Assembly: GCA_012523775.1 (NCBI GenBank)
Contig: JAAYTK010000074.1
Span: forward strand, 7,055-71,054
Length of the DNA stretch: 64,000 nucleotides
Direction: 5' to 3'
Origin: Clostridiales bacterium
Lineage (GTDB): Bacteria > Bacillota > Clostridia > Lachnospirales > Lachnospiraceae
Shown here: in pieces, positions 31,147 through 41,136 of the stretch
How the letters are laid out: the number at the start of each line of letters is the position of its first letter
Numbering within the stretch: position 1 is the stretch's first letter
Program-made: the position numbers and the translations under genes
The notes under the pieces: generated by a model
Seen by the model: only the letters and a program-made list of their open reading frames with translations
Told to the model about the DNA's origin: nothing
Databases searched by the model: none

Positions 31147-33291
31147 ATGTCTGAACAATCAGCAAGGAAAAAAGAACGAAATTATACAAGAATATTAATT
31201 TTTTCCAATGCAGTGGCAATACTTGTTTTATTAGCTATACTTACCTTTTTTAATTTATCAGACATCAAAGTTGCTGATACATTATTCTCTGTAGGCTTAA
31301 TAGTAATAATTGCCTTAGCCGCTCTATTATTAATATTTCTAATTCGGTTTTTCAGGGCCATTCGACATATTGATCGGAATGCCAAATTATTGGCTCAGGG
31401 AAGGCTTAATATTAGTGATATAATGGATGATAAGACTAAAGGCCTGGAATCATTGACTATAGCGGTAAATGACTTGAAAAGAAATCTCCTGAATTTTATC
31501 GAATCTACAAAATCCAATGTAATTATACTTTCAGACGCTGTTGATAATATTACCAAGAGTCTGGATATGAGCTATAAGGGCAACGAGCATATCGCAAGTA
31601 ATATGGCTACTGTGGCTGAGAAAGCACAGCAACAGCTCAAGATCGTTAAGGAAACCTTAGAAGGTATTGAAGAGGTTGCAAACAGAGCTAACAGTATTAC
31701 AACCACATTGGCTAATATTGAAGAATTTGTAGAAAATACTGTTAAAGTTACTGAAGAAGGATCGCAGCATGTGGATAAGTATAATGAACAGATGGAGGTT
31801 ATATCCACTAACTTATCCGACACCGCAGCATTTATTGAAGCACTAAATGCTCACCTTAAGGAAATTGACCAGGTTAACGGCTTAATTATAAATATTACCG
31901 AGCAGTTAAAGCTTCTCTCTTTGAATTCCGCTGTTGAAGCGGCCCGTGCCGGTGAAGCAGGAAGAGGCTTTGTAGTAGTTGCTCAAGAGATGAATAAGCT
32001 GTCGGCGATTACCAGAGACAGTATCGGTCAGATTAACAAACTTTTAAATAATATTCTTAACAGTAATGCCAAGGTAAGTGACAGTATTTCCAGCTGTGTT
32101 GAGAGTTTCGATATCAGTAAGGAAATATTTAATTCAGTAAAAGATACCTTCTATACAATCAACAAGAACGCTTACATATTAAATGATGATATGAAAAAGG
32201 TATACGAGGAGTCCCGTCTTATTAATGAAAACACCAAGGGGATCAGCGCTCAAGGCCAGATTCTACATGATGCTTCCAATGAGATCTCCTCTATAACACA
32301 GGATGTTGCAGCCGTAACGCAAGAAGAGCTTGCGGAAAATGAAGAGATTAATAATCAGGCATTATCATTACAGAATATGCTTTCAGGTATAGAAAAGCTT
32401 CTTATGAGATATAGAACCTCTGTTGTACCGGTTGATGAGGTTAGTCCGAAGAGACTTAAAATTGCATTATTCAGTCCGCTGGATCATCCCTTCTGGGAAG
32501 GCGTCAGACAGGGTGCCCTATATGCTCAGACTGAATTAAAGGCTAAGAATGTAGATGTGGAATATCTCGGATACCAAAAGGTGGACAGCAGACTTAATGA
32601 AGCTCTAAAGGAAAGAATTGCGAATAATTACGACGGACTTATACTACCGGGCTTCTTAGGCAATATTGATGAGGATTTAATAGAAGCCGGTCGTAAGAAC
32701 ATAGCCCTTATGTCATTTAACTGTGACTATAACGAGGGTATTGACAGAATAGCTTACTTCGGACCTAACATTCCTGCCTCCGGTAAACTGGCAGGCGAAG
32801 TTATGGCAAAGGCCTTAGATAATGAAGGCGAGATAGCTATCATTCGCGGAGCAATGAATAACTTTGTTAATAAGGTTCGTACAGAAGCAATATACAATAT
32901 CATAAAAAGTAAGAAGAAAATGAAGATAGCTACAGAAATAGAAGCCGAAGCCGATAATGATCTGGTGTTTATGAACACCAAGGAAGCTCTCACCAGATTC
33001 CCCAACCTAAAGGGTATCGTTATACTTACAGGTGGAATTATCGGTGCAGCCAGAGCAGTCGAGCAAATGGGTCTTGTCGGAAAGGTTAAAATAGTATGCT
33101 TTGACTATGATGACGATGTTCTAAAACTTATTAAGAAGGGTATTATATATGCCGCTATCGGCCAGGATCCATTTGGACAGGGACACGATCCAATCATATC
33201 CATGTATAACTATCTGGTAACCGGTCAGAAACCCGATTCGATTTGCTATACAAGAACCGAGCTAATTGATATAAGAAGCGTAGCCGAATAG
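31147..33291 (+). CDS. Methyl-accepting chemotaxis protein fused to a C-terminal periplasmic-binding-protein-like (sugar-binding) domain
   Basis: Two adjacent TM helices and a HAMP-like region, then signalling hairpin QLKLLSLNSAVEAARAGEAGRGFVVVAQEM. The C-terminal RbsB/LacI-type fold reads HPFWEGVRQGA, YFGPN, R..A and YAAIGQDPFGQG. Start ATG 31147 (SD AGGAGG). Confidence 0.9.
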   Translation: MSEQSARKKERNYTRILIFSNAVAILVLLAILTFFNLSDIKVADTLFSVGLIVIIALAALLLIFLIRFFRAIRHIDRNAKLLAQGRLNISDIMDDKTKGLESLTIAVNDLKRNLLNFIESTKSNVIILSDAVDNITKSLDMSYKGNEHIASNMATVAEKAQQQLKIVKETLEGIEEVANRANSITTTLANIEEFVENTVKVTEEGSQHVDKYNEQMEVISTNLSDTAAFIEALNAHLKEIDQVNGLIINITEQLKLLSLNSAVEAARAGEAGRGFVVVAQEMNKLSAITRDSIGQINKLLNNILNSNAKVSDSISSCVESFDISKEIFNSVKDTFYTINKNAYILNDDMKKVYEESRLINENTKGISAQGQILHDASNEISSITQDVAAVTQEELAENEEINNQALSLQNMLSGIEKLLMRYRTSVVPVDEVSPKRLKIALFSPLDHPFWEGVRQGALYAQTELKAKNVDVEYLGYQKVDSRLNEALKERIANNYDGLILPGFLGNIDEDLIEAGRKNIALMSFNCDYNEGIDRIAYFGPNIPASGKLAGEVMAKALDNEGEIAIIRGAMNNFVNKVRTEAIYNIIKSKKKMKIATEIEAEADNDLVFMNTKEALTRFPNLKGIVILTGGIIGAARAVEQMGLVGKVKIVCFDYDDDVLKLIKKGIIYAAIGQDPFGQGHDPIISMYNYLVTGQKPDSICYTRTELIDIRSVAE

Positions 33292-33311
33292 ATATATTAA
33301 AATAAGATTAT

Positions 33312-33357
33312 AAAAATCAGAATGACCATACTTCAAATGAGGTATGGTCATTCTTTT
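33312..33357. terminator. Bidirectional terminator (MCP / small Cys protein)
   Basis: AGAATGACCATAC...GTATGGTCATTCT-TTT with an upstream A-tract. Confidence 0.7.
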
Positions 33358-33409
33358 ATGTACACCATTTTTCTTTGTATTTGTAAGCTCCCTTAACACC
33401 TTTAATTGG

Positions 33410-33610
33410 CTAGGAAAATAAAGTACATCCCATAGTCTTTAGTCTTTCTATTCGTAAATATATATCCTCTTCCTCACACTTAAAATAATCGGCCAGACAT
33501 GGTATGCAAAGATATTCCTTAGCTCCCCTGTTAACCAGTCTTAAATAGATGGCAATCTCATCTCTTATTAATTCCTTGTGACAGTTTTTACACTTCATAT
33601 TATCTCTCAT
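33410..33610 (-). CDS. Small cysteine-rich hypothetical protein (possible metal-binding)
   Basis: CKNC..CIPC..C..GCTLF in 66 aa. Its ATG overlaps the TGA of the GH27 gene (ATGA), and a terminator follows. Confidence 0.75.
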   Translation of the reverse strand: MRDNMKCKNCHKELIRDEIAIYLRLVNRGAKEYLCIPCLADYFKCEEEDIYLRIERLKTMGCTLFS

Positions 33611-34737
33611 CTGATTCTTACAGGTTTAGCTCTTAATACCTTACAGTGATGTGGCTTAAGCTTACATGTAAAATGCTCTGTATATACGCCTATATCCTCA
33701 TGTTCCCATACATCCCGCAGCTGTAGTCCATATCCCGATGAAGCTGTTAAGCCCATATCCCAAAATTGAAGAGAGCCTTCACCATCCGTATCACCCATAT
33801 TAAAAAAGCCTATTCCAAAATCCCCATCAGATAAGGGCTTTATGTAGATTTTGACATCACTGTTATTCCATTGCTCCATGCTATAAGCCTGACGCCCCTC
33901 GGGATCTTGGTTTATGGCAATAATCTCTTTATTGGCCAGAATCTTATGAGTAGCCTCATTCATGTTGCGGATATCACAGCCTATCATCAGGGGAGAAGTC
34001 ATGATACACCAAAGGGAGAAATGGGTCTTATACTCTTCGTCTGTACAGCCTCCTAAAGCAACATTACCCTTTCCATACATACCTACAACCAGCATATCAA
34101 GGTCATTATAGCAGTATGGTGCACTATAGCATTCTTTATTCCATTGACTAAGCACAATGTTTTTAATGGATTCCCAGTTGTCCTGAATATCACCGGTAGA
34201 ACGGTACATATGAGCCCCTGTAGCCCGAATCCATTCATGGGTGTTATCACTTCCCCAATTACATGCTGAGAATAAAATGTCTCTTCCACAATTTTTAAGG
34301 GCCATTCCCATGCGTTTGTATAGGATATGACCGGGAATATTATGGGGCTTGTAGCAATAGTCATATTTTAAGAAATCTACCCCCCATTCCGCAAATGTTT
34401 CGGCGTCAGTAAATTCGTGATCCAGACTGGATGGATGACCTGCACAGGTCATGGTACCGGCACAGGAATACATACCGAATTTCAAGCCCTTTGAGTGAAC
34501 ATAATCTGCAACCGCTTTCATTCCGCTAGGAAATTTATCAGGATCGGCTACCAAATGACCATCCTTATCTCTGCTTTTTAAGGACCAGCAGTCATCTATA
34601 ACCAGATATTGATATCCCGCTTCCAAGAGGCCCAGCTCGTTCCAGATATCCGCAGTCTCCTTGATTAGTTCCTCAGAAATATCCCAACCGAAGGTATTCC
34701 ATGAGTTCCATCCCATAGGTGGTGTATGTGCTAACAT
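33607..34737 (-). CDS. GH27 alpha-galactosidase (or beta-L-arabinopyranosidase)
   Basis: TPPMGWNSWN, YLVIDDCW, FLKYDYC (nucleophile), RSTGDI (acid/base) and NDLDML motifs. Start ATG 34737 (SD AAGGAG). Confidence 0.93.
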   Translation of the reverse strand: MLAHTPPMGWNSWNTFGWDISEELIKETADIWNELGLLEAGYQYLVIDDCWSLKSRDKDGHLVADPDKFPSGMKAVADYVHSKGLKFGMYSCAGTMTCAGHPSSLDHEFTDAETFAEWGVDFLKYDYCYKPHNIPGHILYKRMGMALKNCGRDILFSACNWGSDNTHEWIRATGAHMYRSTGDIQDNWESIKNIVLSQWNKECYSAPYCYNDLDMLVVGMYGKGNVALGGCTDEEYKTHFSLWCIMTSPLMIGCDIRNMNEATHKILANKEIIAINQDPEGRQAYSMEQWNNSDVKIYIKPLSDGDFGIGFFNMGDTDGEGSLQFWDMGLTASSGYGLQLRDVWEHEDIGVYTEHFTCKLKPHHCKVLRAKPVRIR

Positions 34738-34826
34738 ATGCTTCTCCTTTCTTATGCCGTTATAATATAGGCAAGATAAAAATCCTTTGTGCATTAAGGT
34801 GCAATTACTTTGTCAGTGCATAGCGA

Positions 34827-35876
34827 TTACTCGGCTACACTTACTGATTTATTTGAGGATTCTCTAAAGATTACTTCTACACCGACAAATATTACTTCTT
34901 TAGGAAAGATGGGATTCTTCAGTCTCCACATAAGCTGCTGTACAAGTCTTCTGCCGAGTCTTTGATTGCCTACCCGTACAGTTGTCAGAAACGGCTCAAC
35001 CTTCGACATCTCCTCTACATTATCATATCCTGTAACAGCCACATCCTTCGGTACGGACAGTCCCTTGGAATTCAGATAACGCATGACATACAATGCTATA
35101 TCATCATTTGCACACACGATGGCCTCGGGCATATACGGGAATAATGAAAGGGCAGCCTCAACCTCCTCAGGCTTATAAAACTTAGTGTTGGCATGATAAG
35201 TGGCTATAATATCTTTATCAGGCTTAATACCCGCCTCCAGCAAGGCACTTTCATATCCTATATAACGGTCGTAAATTGTCCTGCAATATGTTGTATCACC
35301 GATAAATCCAATTTTCCTCATACCTCTGTTTATAAGGTCTGTGGTAATCTTCTTCATGCTGTCCATGCTTTCGCAGATTATAATATCTCCATATGAGGTA
35401 ATCTCCTGAATATTGCTGGGAGCATCCAAAAAGACCACGGGAATATTATATTTCATTATCTGATTGATATATTCCTTAGTGAACACACTAAGAATAATGA
35501 TTCCGCTTACTTCTTCCTGTAAATCTAAGGGTAAAACCAGATTTTTCTCGTCTTGTTCACTTATAAAATTCAACTGAAGCTTACAACCGTTTGTATTTAA
35601 TTCATCCGATATCCCCATTATTATACTGTTCCAAAATACTGATATTTCTCTACGGGTAAGCACCACGATTGTCTTGGTTTCATCAATCTTGTTACGAAGC
35701 TTAAACTGATTTAATACTACAGGAGATAATTTAGAATATCCCATTTCATAGGCTTTCTTTATTACAATATACCTTGTCTCATAGGACACTGTATCGCTGT
35801 TGTTTAACGCCTTTGCGACGGTGTTTCTCGACAAATTTAATTCTCTGGCTACATCTTGAATTGTAACCTTCTTCAT
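34827..35876 (-). CDS. LacI-family transcriptional regulator
   Basis: N-terminal HTH VTIQDVARELNLSRNTVAKALN and sugar-binding domain (CANDDIA, VPKDVAVTGYDN). Confidence 0.95.
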   Translation of the reverse strand: MKKVTIQDVARELNLSRNTVAKALNNSDTVSYETRYIVIKKAYEMGYSKLSPVVLNQFKLRNKIDETKTIVVLTRREISVFWNSIIMGISDELNTNGCKLQLNFISEQDEKNLVLPLDLQEEVSGIIILSVFTKEYINQIMKYNIPVVFLDAPSNIQEITSYGDIIICESMDSMKKITTDLINRGMRKIGFIGDTTYCRTIYDRYIGYESALLEAGIKPDKDIIATYHANTKFYKPEEVEAALSLFPYMPEAIVCANDDIALYVMRYLNSKGLSVPKDVAVTGYDNVEEMSKVEPFLTTVRVGNQRLGRRLVQQLMWRLKNPIFPKEVIFVGVEVIFRESSNKSVSVAE

Positions 35877-36028
35877 GTAATTTCCTCCTTATCTTCTGCT
35901 ACAATAATTCATTCAATTATTATGCATTTATATGGCATTAAGATTTGTATTGCACAGTATATTGCATAATAAAAGTGTACTATATAATATGGAATAATTC
36001 AAGGTGTATTTCAAAGCAACACATTGTC

Positions 36029-36967
36029 CTAATCGATATAAGATACAATCAACTCCATATTCCCTTTGAGTTTGAATTTGCCGTATCCTGTGCAAAGAAT
36101 GAAGTGATCTCCCTTTGTTATCGGAGCTTTGTCAATTTCTCCATTACCCTCGATTACACTAATATTCATGAAATCCTTATCCTGGTTAAGTGTTATCTCT
36201 CCATCATTATAAATGCTTATTTTTTTCAGTGTATAATGCTTGTTCTTAATCAGTTCTCTGATTTCACAGTTATTTCTTTTAATGATTTTATCATCAATAA
36301 TTGCATCCTTATGGGGGCAGTTTATTACATCAATGCTTTCCTTTATATGCAATTGTCTTGGTTTACCATCCACAAGCCTGCCATAATCATAGAGTCTGTA
36401 TGTAATATCACTGTTTTGCTGCGTTTCGAGGAGTAATGTTCCTTCCTTTATCGCATGGACGGTTCCGGGATTAATCTGAAAGAAATCACCCTTCCTTATA
36501 TTACGTAACCTTATCAGCTCGTCCCATTTATCATTCTCTATCATATATTCTAATTCCTCTTTATCCTTAGCATTATGACCTATTACTATCTCTGCATTCA
36601 CATCGCAATCCAGTATGTACCAGCATTCTGTTTTTCCCAAAGCACCGTTTTCATGGGTATATGCATAGGAATCACTAGGATGTACCTGTATACTGAGGTC
36701 TTGTTTTGCATCTATTATTTTAACAAGTAAGGGAAATGTCTGCTCGCTTCTGTTACCGAATAAATGGCGTTTGTTTTCCCAGAGCCAGCTTAAGGTTTTT
36801 CCCTTATATGTACCGTTTTTTATTGTGCAGTCTCCGTTGGGATGCGCACTGATTGCCCAACATTCCCCGGTAAAGTCATTAGGGATATCATAACCATATT
36901 CGGTTCTCAGTCTGTCACCACCCCATACCATTGTTTTAAATACAGGCTCAAGAAAAAGTATCTCCAT
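36029..36967 (-). CDS. manA: Mannose-6-phosphate isomerase, class I
   Basis: WGGDRL, GECWAISAHPNG, LLVKIIDA, LSIQVHP, GKTECWY, GTVHAI and ETQQNSDITYRLYDY motifs. Confidence 0.95.
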   Translation of the reverse strand: MEILFLEPVFKTMVWGGDRLRTEYGYDIPNDFTGECWAISAHPNGDCTIKNGTYKGKTLSWLWENKRHLFGNRSEQTFPLLVKIIDAKQDLSIQVHPSDSYAYTHENGALGKTECWYILDCDVNAEIVIGHNAKDKEELEYMIENDKWDELIRLRNIRKGDFFQINPGTVHAIKEGTLLLETQQNSDITYRLYDYGRLVDGKPRQLHIKESIDVINCPHKDAIIDDKIIKRNNCEIRELIKNKHYTLKKISIYNDGEITLNQDKDFMNISVIEGNGEIDKAPITKGDHFILCTGYGKFKLKGNMELIVSYID

Positions 36968-37083
36968 GATGTATTCTCTCCTTTAGTTTTATAAATACTA
37001 TTTCACATTATACAGAATCTAAGTTAAAAAAACAATGTACTGTCCGATTATTAGCTACAATAGGACGAACTTTCATAATCAAT

Positions 37084-37121
37084 AAAAAAGAGGAATATCC
37101 TGTAATTAGGATTTCCTCTTT
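37084..37121 (-). terminator. Terminator at end of opp operon
   Basis: AAAAAAGAGGAATATCCT...AGGATTTCCTCTTT, with a U-tract on the minus strand. Confidence 0.7.
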
Positions 37122-37150
37122 CTATACAATATAAATTCTTATACGATAAA

Positions 37151-38599
37151 CTATTGCTCCAATAAACTATTGATCTGAGCAGATTCTGAAGCTGTTATCG
37201 TGATATTATTACCTGTCACACTATCCAGCTTATTGTTACTTCCTGATACGAAAACGTCACCTATCTTGTATGCCGCTTCGCCGTCATCACCTTTTCCGGT
37301 ATCTATGGTGAGCCCTTCGAAGTGAACGTTTTTAAGCTGTGTATTCTTAGCTTCGATGGCAACAGTGGCTGCCGTAACAGAAATTCCGGAATTCACCTTG
37401 AGCTTTACGTTAAAGTTCTCAAATGTTACATTCTCAATATATGCTCCGTCCAAGGTATTGAATAATCCAATGGTTTTACTTTTATCCATATCGACCTTTC
37501 TGCTGGTGATACTAAGAGTTATATTCTTCAGACTATATCCGTTTCCTAGAATCTTTCCGCTGAAATTATCAGCCATTGTTACGGTAACACCCGTAAAATC
37601 AATATCATTGGACAGTATATATCCATCCACCGGATTTCCCAGCCTATCAAAACCTGAGAACCAAACCTTGCCGCTACTCTTTAAATCATCCACCTTAGTA
37701 ATTCGAGCATAGTTGCCCTCTGAATATTTTAGATAGATAATCTTGTTGGAAGCATTCTCAATATAGTGATTAATCGCGTTCTCATATAGTTCATCTTTAT
37801 ATTTACGAATGCTAGCTCTGATATCCTTATCATCCGTTGTAATCTCATAACCAAGCTTATTTATAAATAAATCAGAAGTATCCTCTTCTGACCTATCGTC
37901 GTCATCAGCAGGCTCGACATAGTTTATTTTCTTAATATAGTCCGGAAACTCTGCGTGTAGCTGTTCATAAATCTCTTCGTTTGAAGGAATTAATTCAGCA
38001 TGGATATATTCAGAAAAATCATAAGTTGTGGTTAAGGCCTTATCGGCATAATAACCCTCAAAGGTATATCCACTTTTAGCTATAAGCATTTCAGCAGCAC
38101 TTGATAATTCCTGTACTGCAGACTCCTCAGATATATTCTTTGAAAACATCACATTATCTGTTGAGGCATCGACATAATCGATTTTTCCCTGAGGAATCCA
38201 TCTTGCGTAGAGAGTCATGTCTTCCTGTACTCTGTCCTCATCAAAATCCCATCTGTCTTCTGCCTTAAAGGAGTATCCAATAATATTCCCATTTGCATCC
38301 TTAATATCCTCTTTAGCGGTGTACCATCCGGCCAGAATATGTCCGTCCTTGACAGGCTGGATCAGCATATTTGTTGAACCCGAAGGCTTGAACAGATACG
38401 AATTCTTCATATAGAAAGTCTCACGTATCTCCCTTGAGTTTACTGTCCCGCCTAATGCATCATATATTACTGTGCAGTCGTAACCCCATTCTTTCGGATC
38501 AGCGGCTTTATCAGCTACACCACAAGAACTTAAAAATAAGCTGGTTGCCAATATTATAATGACAGGCATCATGCGGTGTAATTTTTTATTCTTTATCAT
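37151..38599 (-). CDS. Surface lipoprotein with InlB B-repeat-like modules and C-terminal GLUG-like beta-rich domain
   Basis: Lipobox LSSC. Repeats V.YDALGG..P.KDG..GWY..WDF..D.TLYARW and KSGYTFEGYY. C-terminal YILSNDIDF..FSGKILGNG..GLF..IENV. Confidence 0.7.
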   Translation of the reverse strand: MIKNKKLHRMMPVIIILATSLFLSSCGVADKAADPKEWGYDCTVIYDALGGTVNSREIRETFYMKNSYLFKPSGSTNMLIQPVKDGHILAGWYTAKEDIKDANGNIIGYSFKAEDRWDFDEDRVQEDMTLYARWIPQGKIDYVDASTDNVMFSKNISEESAVQELSSAAEMLIAKSGYTFEGYYADKALTTTYDFSEYIHAELIPSNEEIYEQLHAEFPDYIKKINYVEPADDDDRSEEDTSDLFINKLGYEITTDDKDIRASIRKYKDELYENAINHYIENASNKIIYLKYSEGNYARITKVDDLKSSGKVWFSGFDRLGNPVDGYILSNDIDFTGVTVTMADNFSGKILGNGYSLKNITLSITSRKVDMDKSKTIGLFNTLDGAYIENVTFENFNVKLKVNSGISVTAATVAIEAKNTQLKNVHFEGLTIDTGKGDDGEAAYKIGDVFVSGSNNKLDSVTGNNITITASESAQINSLLEQ

Positions 38600-38620
38600 T
38601 TCCGATTTTCCTCCTACCTG

Positions 38621-38902
38621 CTATTTGAACCAAACATTGATGCAAAACAGTATGAACAGCGCAAATGCACCGAATACAATAACTGCAAAAAGGATATATG
38701 AAGTCATCACACCAAGGAGAATGCTTCTGCGTTCCTGTTTTGATAACTTTACTGATTCCTTTTTTTCTTTTGTTTTACCAAACTCATCAAATGCAGTTCT
38801 CTTGATGATGGAACGCGGCATACCGTCTATATTCATATTTGCTATGACACGTCCGTCATCAATAAAATCATTTTCTTTCTTTCTTTTTTTCATATATATC
38901 AT
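38621..38902 (-). CDS. Small single-pass membrane hypothetical protein
   Basis: 93 aa with a charged N-terminus (DDGRVIANMNIDGMP) and a C-terminal hydrophobic helix. Lies 6 bp after oppF and 21 bp before the lipoprotein gene. Confidence 0.75.
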   Translation of the reverse strand: MIYMKKRKKENDFIDDGRVIANMNIDGMPRSIIKRTAFDEFGKTKEKKESVKLSKQERRSILLGVMTSYILFAVIVFGAFALFILFCINVWFK

Positions 38903-38908
38903 CCTATT

Positions 38909-39913
38909 CTACTCTTGACTATACAGATGACATGCAACACTGTGCCCCTCTTCATATTCCTTAAGTATCGGTGTCTGTTTAGCACAGATAGGCATAGCAT
39001 TAGGGCATCTGGTACGGAATTTGCACCCTGAAGGTGGTTTAACAGGACTAGGGATGTCTCCCTTTAATATAATTCTGTTCATCTTTACATCCGGGTCGGG
39101 CACCGGTACCGCAGACAAAAGTGCTTTGGTATACGGATGCATCGGATTAGCAAAAATACGCTTCTTGTCTCCTATCTCCATCATGCTGCCCAGATACATG
39201 ACTCCAATTGTATCTGAAATATATTCTACTACAGACAAATCGTGTGAAATAAACAGATACGTATAGCCGTATCTCTCCTGCAAATCCTTCATAAGATTTA
39301 TAATCTGTGCCTGAATGGACACATCCAGTGCGCTGACAGGCTCATCACAGATTATAAACTTTGGTTTCAATGCCACTGCTCTTGCAATACTTATTCTTTG
39401 TCTCTGTCCACCGGAAAACTCATGGGGGTAACGGTAAAAATACTGTGGCTGTAGACCACAATCCCTCATTATTTTCATAATATAGGATCTATATTGATCT
39501 TTAGGTACAATATTGTGTTCCTTTACTGCCTCTCCAATGATCTCTCCAATAGGAAGACGTGGAGACAGGCTCGAATATGGATCCTGAAAAATCATCTGTA
39601 GCTGTGGACGCATTTTTCTAAGTTCTCTGGGAGGAACCTTTGCCAGATCCTTACCGTCAAAAATAACCTGACCGTCTGTTACTTCATGAAGACGTAAAAT
39701 TGTACGTCCCACAGTGGTTTTACCACAACCCGATTCTCCTACAAGGCCCATTGTAGTTCCCCGCTTTATACTAAAGGAAACGTCATCAACAGCTTTTACA
39801 TAAGCTTTTCTCTTTCCAATGGAAATCTTGGAGATGGGGTAGTATTTCTTAAGGTTTCTAACAATTAAAATATCATCATTTGTTGTCTTGTTTTCTATAT
39901 TCTCAATAGCCAG
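38909..39913 (-). CDS. oppF: Oligopeptide/dipeptide-family ABC ATPase (OppF); start extended to CTG 39913
   Basis: [27 protein letters not shown] and HPYT..CKFRTRC. The frame stays open upstream of ATG 39751 ([21 protein letters not shown]) up to an in-frame TAG. The only start with an SD (AGGAGG, 9 nt spacer) is CTG at 39913. Confidence 0.9.
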   Translation of the reverse strand: MAIENIENKTTNDDILIVRNLKKYYPISKISIGKRKAYVKAVDDVSFSIKRGTTMGLVGESGCGKTTVGRTILRLHEVTDGQVIFDGKDLAKVPPRELRKMRPQLQMIFQDPYSSLSPRLPIGEIIGEAVKEHNIVPKDQYRSYIMKIMRDCGLQPQYFYRYPHEFSGGQRQRISIARAVALKPKFIICDEPVSALDVSIQAQIINLMKDLQERYGYTYLFISHDLSVVEYISDTIGVMYLGSMMEIGDKKRIFANPMHPYTKALLSAVPVPDPDVKMNRIILKGDIPSPVKPPSGCKFRTRCPNAMPICAKQTPILKEYEEGHSVACHLYSQE

Positions 39914-39919
39914 GGCTGA

Positions 39920-41128
39920 CTACCTCCTCTCCTTTTCTTCTTCACTCTTTTCGCTTCCGTCTTTATTGTATAAATGACAGGCAGCAAAATGAGTTGGCGA
40001 AAACTGTATCATATCAGGATATTCCTGCCCACATATACTCATAGCCTTGTCACATCTATTATAAAAATAACAATGATTTGGCATATTAATTGGATTAGGC
40101 ACCTGTCCCTTAATGCTGTACAGTCTGTCCTCTGTCTTATTATGACCTCCCGGCCTTGACTTCATAAGTCCTATGGTATAAGGATGCTTAGGGCTGTGGA
40201 ATATCTCCTGAACAGTTCCTTTTTCAATTATTCTGCCGGCATACATGACAACGACAGTATCAGCCATTTCGGCGATTACTCCCAAATCATGAGTAATCAA
40301 CATGATGCTTCCGTTAATCTTATCCTTAACTTCCCGTAATAACTCCAATATCTGAGCCTGGATGGTAACATCCAAAGCGGTTGTAGGCTCATCGGCAATT
40401 ATAAGTCTGGGATTGCAAGCAAGAGCCATGGCAATCATAACTCTCTGACGCATACCACCGGACAGCTCATGAGGATAGCTGTCATAAACCTTCTCTACCG
40501 CAGCAATACCAACCAAATTCAACATCTCAATTGTTCTGGCCTTTGCCGACTCAGCCGTAGCCCCTTCTGTATGAAGCAAAACTACTTCATCCATCTGATA
40601 ACCTATCTTAAATACAGGATTTAGACTGGTCATCGGCTCCTGGAATATCATAGCTATATCCTTACCGCGAATATTAAGCATCTTATCCTTAGGCATTTTT
40701 GTGATTTCATAGCATTTTCCATCACCGGCCTGATAACGAATACTGCCGTCAACGATTTGTCCGGTCGGTGCCTGAACAAGCTGCATGAGAGAAAGACTTG
40801 TAACTGACTTACCACATCCTGACTCTCCAACAACACCAACGATCTGTCCCTGAGGTATATCGAAGCTGACACCGTTCACGGATTTTACAGTACCGACATC
40901 GGTGAAAAAGTATGTGTGAAGATTGTCAAACTCTACTACATTGGCAGGATCTCTCATCTCGGTAAGATATTCCTCTTCCGATACGTTTTTCCTGTTTTTT
41001 TCCTTTTCAAATTTCTTAATAATTTTGTTATTTTCCTTACTGATACGTCTCTCGTCCCTCAACGTAAGGTAAGTTGTATTGTCAACGCCTTCTATTTTAC
41101 CGCGTTTTAATTTGTCTAATAGTCCCAT
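39920..41128 (-). CDS. oppD: Oligopeptide/dipeptide-family ABC ATPase (OppD) with about 60-aa N-terminal extension
   Basis: [28 protein letters not shown] and [10 protein letters not shown] motifs. Confidence 0.95.
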   Translation of the reverse strand: MGLLDKLKRGKIEGVDNTTYLTLRDERRISKENNKIIKKFEKEKNRKNVSEEEYLTEMRDPANVVEFDNLHTYFFTDVGTVKSVNGVSFDIPQGQIVGVVGESGCGKSVTSLSLMQLVQAPTGQIVDGSIRYQAGDGKCYEITKMPKDKMLNIRGKDIAMIFQEPMTSLNPVFKIGYQMDEVVLLHTEGATAESAKARTIEMLNLVGIAAVEKVYDSYPHELSGGMRQRVMIAMALACNPRLIIADEPTTALDVTIQAQILELLREVKDKINGSIMLITHDLGVIAEMADTVVVMYAGRIIEKGTVQEIFHSPKHPYTIGLMKSRPGGHNKTEDRLYSIKGQVPNPINMPNHCYFYNRCDKAMSICGQEYPDMIQFSPTHFAACHLYNKDGSEKSEEEKERR

Positions 41129-41136
41129 GGTATCAC

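Noticed and set aside
34790-35970. Repeated TGCA motifs upstream of GH27 and lacI as possible LacI operators
   Set aside because: Spacings are inconsistent (6, 8 and 13 nt), so no coherent palindrome can be defined by eye.
39920-39922. Pyrrolysine/selenocysteine recoding of the oppD TAG
   Set aside because: No pyl or sel genes in the window and no evident recoding element. A CTG start with a good SD explains the layout more simply.
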